32,955 nt of DNA from a bacterium (GTDB lineage Bacteria > Patescibacteriota > CPR2 > UBA1875 > JAJYID01), in the NCBI GenBank assembly GCA_021791015.1, contig JAJYFH010000001.1:1-32955 (forward strand). The letters run 5' to 3'. A program made the position numbers and the translations under genes. The notes beneath the pieces were generated by a model that made no database searches, was not told the DNA's origin, and saw only the letters and a program-made list of their open reading frames with translations. Positions 16,503-23,124 of the stretch are shown here, in pieces. Positions within the stretch are counted from its first letter, which is position 1, and each line of letters begins with the position of its first letter.

Positions 16503-18152
16503 ATGAACGAAGAAATAAAATATTTCATCTATGCTAGAAAGTCTTCAGAAAGCGAAGATAGACAGGTTCAATCCATTGAAGCCCAACTTGATAGATTAAA
16601 ACAGTTGGCATTAGACTTAAACTTGAAGATAGTAAGGCAACCATTCACAGAAGCTAAATCAGCCAAGAATCCTAACGGAAGACCCATCTTTGAAGAAATG
16701 CTTGAAAGGATTGAGAAAGGCGAAGCGAATGGAATACTTACCTGGAAAATAAACAGACTATCAAGAAACCCAGTTGATAGTGGAAAAATCCAATGGATGC
16801 TTCAAGCGGGAACTATTAAGTCTATCCAAACAATAGAGAGAGTTTATAAGCCAGAGGACAACGCTCTTATTCTCTCTGTTGAATCTGGGACAGCTAACCA
16901 ATTTATATTAGATTTAAGCAGAGACACTAAAAGAGGGCTTAATAAGAAGTTGGAGAAGGGTTGGCTTCCTAATCTTGCTCCCCTTGGTTATTTAAATGAC
17001 AAAACAAAAGAACAGGGAGAAAAAGAAATCATTATAGACCCAGATACATTTGATTTAGTCAGGAAAATTTGGGATTTAATGCTGACAGGTACTTACAGTG
17101 TTTCCGAAGTGTTGAGGATTGCAAATGAAGACTGGGGCTTGAGAACAAGAAAATTCAAAAGGAGAGGCGGAAATAAGCTTTGTAAAAGTGGTCTTTATAG
17201 GATGTTAAACAACCCTTTCTATGCAGGACTTATCACAAGAAAAGATGGCAGAGAGTTTAATGGTAGCCATCCAAAAATGATTACGATGGATGAGTTTAAC
17301 AGAATTCAGGCACTTTTGGGTAATAAGTCAAAGGCAAAACCTCAAAATCATAACTTTCCTTTTACTGGATTTATCAGATGTGCTGAATGCGGCTGCTTAT
17401 TTACCGCAGAAGAAAAACCTCCTAAGTGGATTAGAAGCGAGAATAAATACAGGACTTACACTTATTATCACTGCACTCGTAGAAAAAAAGATGTGCCTTG
17501 CAACCAAGTCAAATTTGTAAGAGAAGAGGTCATTGAAGAACAGATTGATAAGCTATTGTCTGGATATACTATTCTCCCAGAGTTTCAGGAATGGGCTTTA
17601 GAGATATTAAGGAACTCAAACGATAAAGAGATAGTAGATAGAACTAAAATCAACGAATCTCTTCAAAAGGCAGTCAATAATAGTCAAAAGCAGTTAGACA
17701 ATCTCACTCAAATGCGATTAAGAGACTTAATTGATGATAAGGAGTATATAGACCAAAAGAAAGCATTAAAAGAGCGGTTAGGAGCAACCAGAACACGATT
17801 AAGAGAGGTTGAAGGGAGAGCAGACAACTGGCTGGAACTGACAGAGAAAGCTTTTGATTTCGCTACTTATGCGAGAGTGAGGTTCAATAAAGGCGATTGG
17901 AGAACAAAAAAAGAGATATTGATGACCTTAGGTCAGAACCCGACAATGAAAGACGGAAGACTGAGCTTTCAAGCTTGTAAATGGCTTGAACCTATAAAAC
18001 AGGGGTATCCAGCACTTGAAAAAGAATATCTAAGGTTAGAACTAAACAAAAAGCCCCTTAATAAGGCAAAAACAGAGGCATTAACCTCTGTCCTTACACA
18101 TTGGGGTCGGATAGTTTGCGATGTCAGAACTGAAATGATTTTACAGGTTTAA
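16503..18152 (+). CDS. Large serine recombinase (resolvase + recombinase + zinc-ribbon + coiled coil)
   Basis: YARKSSE catalytic motif, NRLSRN, APLGY, NPFYAG, CAECG...YYHC...C zinc ribbon. Confidence 0.95.
   Translation: MNEEIKYFIYARKSSESEDRQVQSIEAQLDRLKQLALDLNLKIVRQPFTEAKSAKNPNGRPIFEEMLERIEKGEANGILTWKINRLSRNPVDSGKIQWMLQAGTIKSIQTIERVYKPEDNALILSVESGTANQFILDLSRDTKRGLNKKLEKGWLPNLAPLGYLNDKTKEQGEKEIIIDPDTFDLVRKIWDLMLTGTYSVSEVLRIANEDWGLRTRKFKRRGGNKLCKSGLYRMLNNPFYAGLITRKDGREFNGSHPKMITMDEFNRIQALLGNKSKAKPQNHNFPFTGFIRCAECGCLFTAEEKPPKWIRSENKYRTYTYYHCTRRKKDVPCNQVKFVREEVIEEQIDKLLSGYTILPEFQEWALEILRNSNDKEIVDRTKINESLQKAVNNSQKQLDNLTQMRLRDLIDDKEYIDQKKALKERLGATRTRLREVEGRADNWLELTEKAFDFATYARVRFNKGDWRTKKEILMTLGQNPTMKDGRLSFQACKWLEPIKQGYPALEKEYLRLELNKKPLNKAKTEALTSVLTHWGRIVCDVRTEMILQV
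18068..18092 (-). terminator. Minus-strand terminator embedded in the recombinase 3' end
   Basis: Minus strand GACAGAGG-TTAATG-CCTCTGTT-TTT, 9 nt after the CCCCA of the att repeat. Confidence 0.6.
18102..18140 (+). repeat. Right att-like direct repeat, inside the recombinase coding sequence
   Basis: Matches 11306-11344; encodes WGRIVCDVRTEMI. Confidence 0.9.
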
Positions 18153-18754
18153 TAAAAGCCCCATTTATCCAAATCTTTTGAAAAACCAACTATCACCTCT
18201 ATCGTTTCAGATATAAATTCTGAGGCAAGTCCATAGGCGGTGAGTCTCAGATGACCCTCTAATACTATCAGGTCTTCATTGTCTCCTTTGCTTACTAAAA
18301 TAAGTTCTGGAAACTTAGCGCCTTTTTTTATTTTCTCGGCTACTTCTAAAAACCTATCATTGCTCTCACCGAATATTTCCTCTCCTGACTGAATAGTCTT
18401 GACTGCATCTTCTACCCGTCTTGAGCCCTTTGATATCTCAAGCCAATAACTATAACTAATATACTTTATGTTTTTTATGTCTTCTTTGGTTAGCTCTGCT
18501 CTTACCCATTTGACATCCTTTGGAAAACCATCAAATAAAAGCTTGTTATTATAACCTCGGGCATCGGCAAGAATTTGCTTTCTTAGTTTATTCTCTTCCT
18601 TATCTTTAAGGTCATAGTTATCAACTATATTCCTGTCAATCTTATATGACTTCAAAGCATTTATAATGGGTTTATCAAACCTCTCAGAATTTAATTCTCC
18701 TTTAAGGAAAATAGCTATCATTTCATTTTCAGTTATATTTTTGATTATCTTCAT
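18149..18754 (-). CDS. Hypothetical protein with a ParB/sulfiredoxin-like C-terminal motif
   Basis: FPELILV...IVLEGHLRLTAY; start at MKIIKN, 6 nt after TGcTATAAT. Confidence 0.65.
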   Translation of the reverse strand: MKIIKNITENEMIAIFLKGELNSERFDKPIINALKSYKIDRNIVDNYDLKDKEENKLRKQILADARGYNNKLLFDGFPKDVKWVRAELTKEDIKNIKYISYSYWLEISKGSRRVEDAVKTIQSGEEIFGESNDRFLEVAEKIKKGAKFPELILVSKGDNEDLIVLEGHLRLTAYGLASEFISETIEVIVGFSKDLDKWGFY

Positions 18755-18772
18755 AAAAAAATTATAGCACAT

Positions 18773-18800
18773 AAAAAGAGCCTCAAATGAGGTCTCTTTT
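18773..18800 (-). terminator. Terminator downstream of tRNA-His
   Basis: Minus strand AAAAGAGACCTCA-TT-TGAGGCTCTTTTT. Confidence 0.7.
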
Positions 18801-18820
18801 ATTTTATAATGTTCTTTTCT

Positions 18821-18896
18821 TGGGGCGATCATCGGGAATTGAACCCGAATCTAGAGGACCACAACCTCTCGTGTTAACCGTTACACTATGACCGCC
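18821..18896 (-). tRNA. tRNA-His (GTG)
   Basis: Cloverleaf with G-1, anticodon arm AGAGG-TTGTGGT-CCTCT, GGTTCAATTCC T-arm, encoded CCA. Confidence 0.97.
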
Positions 18897-18903
18897 ATAA
18901 AAA

Positions 18904-19380
18904 TTAATTCAATTGTAGCTCATGCTGATGTACTAAATAATGACAGTTACAACACAACCAAGTCAGATTTTCTATTTCATTATTACTTCTCTTTTTATCT
19001 TTATGATGTACTATTAATACCCTCTTATCATCTATGCCACATATTTGACACTTTCTGTTCTGATTTGATCTTTTTAATCTACTTCTATATGTAGCTTGTC
19101 CATTATTCCAATTACCATGATTCTCCGATAATCTTACATTTCTGTTCATCCAAATACAGGTACAGCTTTTTGAGCAAAAAAATTTACCCAATTTTGATTT
19201 TCTGATTTGTGCTGGTGTTCGTAAAATTACTTTGCCACAATTATTACACTCTTTGCGTATTCTCTTTACTTGTCCCTTTGAACGGCATTCAATAGAACAA
19301 TGTCTACTCCAACCGATTTTTAAATGTCTCGGTTTTGCATAAAATTCCTTCTCACAAACTATGCATTTTACATATGGCAT
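18904..19380 (-). CDS. HNH endonuclease with N-terminal Cys-rich zinc-finger repeats
   Basis: Two CxxC...CSxxC repeats; CQICG...VHHKD...NN...NL..LCCNCH...H. Confidence 0.85.
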   Translation of the reverse strand: MPYVKCIVCEKEFYAKPRHLKIGWSRHCSIECRSKGQVKRIRKECNNCGKVILRTPAQIRKSKLGKFFCSKSCTCIWMNRNVRLSENHGNWNNGQATYRSRLKRSNQNRKCQICGIDDKRVLIVHHKDKKRSNNEIENLTWLCCNCHYLVHQHELQLN

Positions 19381-19425
19381 ATCTTAATTTTAATCCTGCC
19401 ATATTCATTTTCAAGTATACAGATT

Positions 19426-19503
19426 TGGTGCGCCCTGAGGGACTCGAACCCCCGACCTTCTGGGCCGAAACCAGACGCTCTAATCCAACTGAGCTAAGGG
19501 CGC
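19426..19503 (-). tRNA. tRNA-Arg (TCG)
   Basis: Anticodon arm TCTGG-TTTCGGC-CCAGA, GGTTCGAGTCC T-arm, encoded CCA. Confidence 0.95.
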
Positions 19504-19579
19504 GTATTTAATTACTAATTTATAATGCGAAATTAATAATTTTTCGAATTTTGAGTTGATAATTACTAATTATCAACTC

Positions 19580-19654
19580 TGGAGCGGGTAGCGGGGATCG
19601 AACCCGCATATCCACCTTGGAAGGGTGGCATAATAGCCATTATACTATACCCGC
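19580..19654 (-). tRNA. tRNA-Gly (TCC)
   Basis: Anticodon arm CCACC-CTTCCAA-GGTGG, GGTTCGATCCC T-arm, encoded CCA. Confidence 0.97.
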
Positions 19655-19664
19655 GAACCTGTAT

Positions 19665-19693
19665 ATTATAGCTGAATTCTGACTTATTTTCAA
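19665..19693 (-). promoter_or_regulatory. sigma70 promoter of the tRNA cluster
   Basis: Minus strand TTGAAA, 17 nt, TATAAT; ends 10 nt before tRNA-Gly. Confidence 0.8.
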
Positions 19694-19709
19694 TAAATTC
19701 CCTCTGGTT

Positions 19710-19832
19710 TGTCATTCCAGACTACTCTGCTAAAAATATAATCAGTTGATCCGGAATCCATTTATTCAATAGATTCTGAATCAAGTTCAGAATGACAAAC
19801 GAGATAATGATTCTGGTCAAGCCAGAATGACA
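19710..19832. repeat. Cluster of three GTCATT-type palindromic units
   Basis: TGTCATTCCAGAC[insert]GATCCGGAATC; GATTCTGAATCAAGTTCAGAATGACA; GATTCTGGTCAAGCCAGAATGACA. Confidence 0.8.
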
Positions 19833-19840
19833 TAAGAAAG

Positions 19841-21148
19841 TTACCTCTTTAATAATTTCCGAGCTAACTCTATTGCTTCTTTTTTTGTCTTAATCTTCTC
19901 CTCCATTTGCGCGTGGTGAACGGCATCAAGGATTTTGCCGATTTCCGGACCTTGGCTAATGCCAAACTCATCCATAATCTCTTTTCCGGTCAAAAGTGTC
20001 TCAGGCTTTGGCAAAAGCAGCTCTTTTTTGTCTACTAATTCCTTAAGTTCGTTGTACATACTCAAATCTTTCGGTTTGGTGCCGAGGGTATCGGCGCGAA
20101 GCAGCTCCAAAAGCTCGTGAAACAAAGGTTGGTGAATCCAATGGGATTGTCTGGTTTTTTTCATTTTAAAGAGATCGCCAAGCATCATGTGATGTTTGAT
20201 CAGCCACTGCAAATTTGAGATCATTTCGTTTGAAAACTTTAATCTTTTGCCAATTTCACCTGCCATCTCCGCGCCTTTTTCGGCATGACCGTTGAATCTG
20301 ATGCGGCTGTCAACCGAGAATGTCGCCGGTTTGCCAATGTCATGGAGCAGAACCGCCCAAGCGAGTTCTTTTGACGGATTTTCCGGTAATGAGTCGATGG
20401 ATTCCAGAGTATGTTCGAAAACGTCTCCCTCTTTATGATAAAGTTCCGGCTGTTTAACGCCCTTTAGTTCTTCCAATTCCGGTAAAATAATCTCGAGAAT
20501 TCCGGTTTCTGACATTTCTCGAAATGCCTGACCTGGATTTTTGCCGATTAAAATCTTGGTTAGCTCTTCATGGATCCTTTCGGCCGAGACATTACGAATT
20601 AGCTTGGTATTATTTTTAATCGCTTCAAAGGTTCCGGAAGCGTAACTTAGCTCCAGCTCGTTTTTAAAGCGAATAGCGCGAAGCAGCCGCAGATTATCCT
20701 CGACAATTCGCTCGTGCGGATCACCAATGAAACGCAAAACTTTATTTTTTAAATCATCTTGCCCGCCGACAAAGTCCAGCACTTGTTTCGAAACTGGATC
20801 GTAAAACATGCCGTTAATGGTGAAATCACGCCGGAAAGCGTCCTCTTTCGGATCTGAGAAATAGACAGCATCCGGCCGCCGGCCATCAGTATAGGCAGCG
20901 TCGCTTCGGAAGGTTGCTATTTCAAAATGATGGTCGTTTTTGACCGCCAAAATGACACCAAATTTCTTGCCTATCGGGATAGTATGTTCGAGAATGTCCT
21001 CGATTTCTTCCGGTTTGGCAGAGGTTACGATGTCATAATCCTTGGGGATTTTACCAAGCAAGATATCACGCACCGAACCGCCGGCAAAATAAGTTTCAAA
21101 TCCCTTGGCTTTTAAATCCTTGACGATTTCCAGCGCCGTATTTTCCAT
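19841..21148 (-). CDS. cca: CCA tRNA nucleotidyltransferase with HD domain
   Basis: GGSVRD, DYDI, EIATFR, RRDFTING, EDNLRLLRAIRF, LLHDIGK. Confidence 0.92.
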   Translation of the reverse strand: MENTALEIVKDLKAKGFETYFAGGSVRDILLGKIPKDYDIVTSAKPEEIEDILEHTIPIGKKFGVILAVKNDHHFEIATFRSDAAYTDGRRPDAVYFSDPKEDAFRRDFTINGMFYDPVSKQVLDFVGGQDDLKNKVLRFIGDPHERIVEDNLRLLRAIRFKNELELSYASGTFEAIKNNTKLIRNVSAERIHEELTKILIGKNPGQAFREMSETGILEIILPELEELKGVKQPELYHKEGDVFEHTLESIDSLPENPSKELAWAVLLHDIGKPATFSVDSRIRFNGHAEKGAEMAGEIGKRLKFSNEMISNLQWLIKHHMMLGDLFKMKKTRQSHWIHQPLFHELLELLRADTLGTKPKDLSMYNELKELVDKKELLLPKPETLLTGKEIMDEFGISQGPEIGKILDAVHHAQMEEKIKTKKEAIELARKLLKR

Positions 21149-21192
21149 AAACTGATTATATCAGGAAAATCGATGCTTCGCTTCACTCAGGA

Positions 21193-22386
21193 TCACAAAG
21201 AAAGCCTTTTATATATTTTTTCCTTTTCTAAAGGATTAATTTTGGTTTTCTTGACCGCCTCCTGCAGAGTATTTATCGTTTTATCGTAAGTCTCCTTGTC
21301 TACCGGATACGGCGTGGCGTCTTTGCCGCCATGGGCAAAGCTGTAGCGAGCCGGATCTTCATATGAAGCATCAGCACCATAAATAATTTCCGAAACGAGT
21401 GACAGAGCCCGAATAGTCTTCGGACCCACACCTTTGGTCGCCACCAGTTCTTCATAGGTTTTCGGCTTCTCATTGGTTAGTTTACCTAGAATTCTTTCCA
21501 GATACTTGCTTTTGGAAAAATCCTCGGCCATAACGGGATGGGTTTTGAACTCTTTTCGAGCAAGTGAAATTAAGGTGGTCTTGTCACCATCAACGCTGTC
21601 ATTCCCGCGGAGGCGGGAATCCAGTCCCTTTTCCCTAAAACTAATCATTTTCGACAAATCGGATGAGTGGCGCCGTAAGATTTCAATGTCCTTCATCACT
21701 GTTTTGAAGTTCGAGTTAACTAGTTCAGTTGAGATTTGTCTGTTTTTGTCCGACCTTTTTGACGACATATTCAGAGTGTTATTTAGTGTACTGATTCTCT
21801 GCGAAGCGATACCTTTGTGCGGCTCCACTATTAAATCTTTGATGTCATCAGAAAACCAGTGATATCGGCGGGCTGTCTGATCCTCGGTGTTCATACCTTG
21901 CTGGACCACCGCCCACGCGCCATTTCGGCTGAATATAAAGCTGTGGTGATAGATTTGATAACCGTCTTGAATTAAGGAGCTGTCGACTTTGGCGCTCATC
22001 TTGGAGTTGTAGACTAAGTTTTCCGTCTTTTCGCCGGGCAAAGATAATCTTTGCCCCCAATCCGTGATTTCATCCGGAGTTTTACGTGAAGTTTTACCCT
22101 TCCCGCCACAAATAAAGACACCTAAATCTCTTTCTTGCCCGCGAATTGATTCCTTAAGCGCCGCTGTTAATATGGTGGTCAACCCGCTCGCATTCCAGTC
22201 AAAGGCAAGAACCGTACCGAGCGATTGGAACCAGACCGGATCGGCTAGGCGCTTCACAAACTCGTCCGGTCCATACTCGGCAATCAACACTCTAGTCATT
22301 TCGCGACCAAGTGAAACCATCCGCCGGAAAAGCCACGGCGGACATTTGCCCCAATCAAGCGTAAATGTAGCGACACCTCTTTGCAT
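21193..22386 (-). CDS. DUF763 family protein
   Basis: PPWLF, RLADPVWFQSLG...DWNASGLTT, GGKG, AVVQQGMN, ARRYHW, FAHGGKD. Confidence 0.88.
   Translation of the reverse strand: MQRGVATFTLDWGKCPPWLFRRMVSLGREMTRVLIAEYGPDEFVKRLADPVWFQSLGTVLAFDWNASGLTTILTAALKESIRGQERDLGVFICGGKGKTSRKTPDEITDWGQRLSLPGEKTENLVYNSKMSAKVDSSLIQDGYQIYHHSFIFSRNGAWAVVQQGMNTEDQTARRYHWFSDDIKDLIVEPHKGIASQRISTLNNTLNMSSKRSDKNRQISTELVNSNFKTVMKDIEILRRHSSDLSKMISFREKGLDSRLRGNDSVDGDKTTLISLARKEFKTHPVMAEDFSKSKYLERILGKLTNEKPKTYEELVATKGVGPKTIRALSLVSEIIYGADASYEDPARYSFAHGGKDATPYPVDKETYDKTINTLQEAVKKTKINPLEKEKIYKRLSL
21597..21624. repeat. Palindromic repeat inside the DUF763 CDS
   Basis: TGTCATTCCCGCGGAGGCGGGAATCCAG, translated in frame as LDSRLRGND. 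Confidence 0.85.
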
Positions 22387-22429
22387 ACTTATATTTTACC
22401 ATTCTTCGCAAGGTCAACTAGTATACAAA

Positions 22430-22876
22430 CTATTTATTTTTTCGGGCGAGTTCCTCGAGAATTTTACTCTGCTTTAACAATTCTTGGTTCTGAGCTTCCA
22501 GAGTTTTTAGAATATATTCTATGTCCTTGTAACTTGTAGTTGTTGTCTTATATTCTTCCTCAGATCTTATTTCGGCATGACGCCCTTGTATATTCTGACC
22601 GACCATTATGAGCGGCATTAAAAGAAGTTGGACAATATTTCCTAGAAAAAGAAGAAATGCAAATGGGTAAGGATCAAAAGGTTTATGGTTGAAAAATCCT
22701 TGCCAAAGCATCCAACTCGCCATAAAAAGAGCAAAGAAATAGACGGCGTACATGGTACCAATGCCAGTGGTGATAATGAGAGCAATCCTGTCCTGAAAGC
22801 CAAGCTGGTTTTTGTGCTTAACATTTACATCTTCCGGTTGATGACGATCAAACTTTGGTTTTTCTGATAAATTCAT
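22430..22876 (-). CDS. DUF1003 family membrane protein
   Basis: FDPYPFAFL and PLIMVGQN motifs. Confidence 0.85.
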   Translation of the reverse strand: MNLSEKPKFDRHQPEDVNVKHKNQLGFQDRIALIITTGIGTMYAVYFFALFMASWMLWQGFFNHKPFDPYPFAFLLFLGNIVQLLLMPLIMVGQNIQGRHAEIRSEEEYKTTTTSYKDIEYILKTLEAQNQELLKQSKILEELARKNK

Positions 22877-23124
22877 TGTTTTTTTCCTATAAATTTAAAT
22901 CTTACTATCCGTTTGCCGTCCTCAAATTCTTTTTCTCCCAAAAACATATCGATTGGCCGCAGCCAAATCATATTTTCCCCATATTGCGCCTGATAAATCA
23001 CTGTTTCTTCTAGTGTTTCGGTGTGAATCCCGACTCCCAAAACTTCATATTTCTTACCTTGCCAGTTTTCGTAGAAACCAAGCCTAATATCCTTGGCTTT
23101 TTGTGATAATTCAACTTTCTCCAT
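22873..23124 (-). CDS. DUF1653 family protein
   Basis: YEVLGVGIHTETLEETVIYQAQYG...WLRPIDMF...RF. Confidence 0.85.
   Translation of the reverse strand: MEKVELSQKAKDIRLGFYENWQGKKYEVLGVGIHTETLEETVIYQAQYGENMIWLRPIDMFLGEKEFEDGKRIVRFKFIGKKQ

Larger units (their letters stand above)
11306..18140. mobile_element. ~6.8 kb integrative element (large serine recombinase; possible phage satellite or defence island)
   Basis: Flanking 39-bp direct repeats, terminal serine recombinase, visibly AT-richer than the flanks, HEPN cargo, no GTCATT host repeats seen inside. Confidence 0.85.

Noticed and set aside
18755..18832. N-terminal extension of the 227-aa ORF in the track
   Set aside because: It overlaps tRNA-His, its terminator and the -10 box; the start at 18754 fits better.
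3142..21195. GTCATT repeats as a CRISPR array
   Set aside because: They are dispersed, inverted and variable in length, with no regular spacers and no cas genes.
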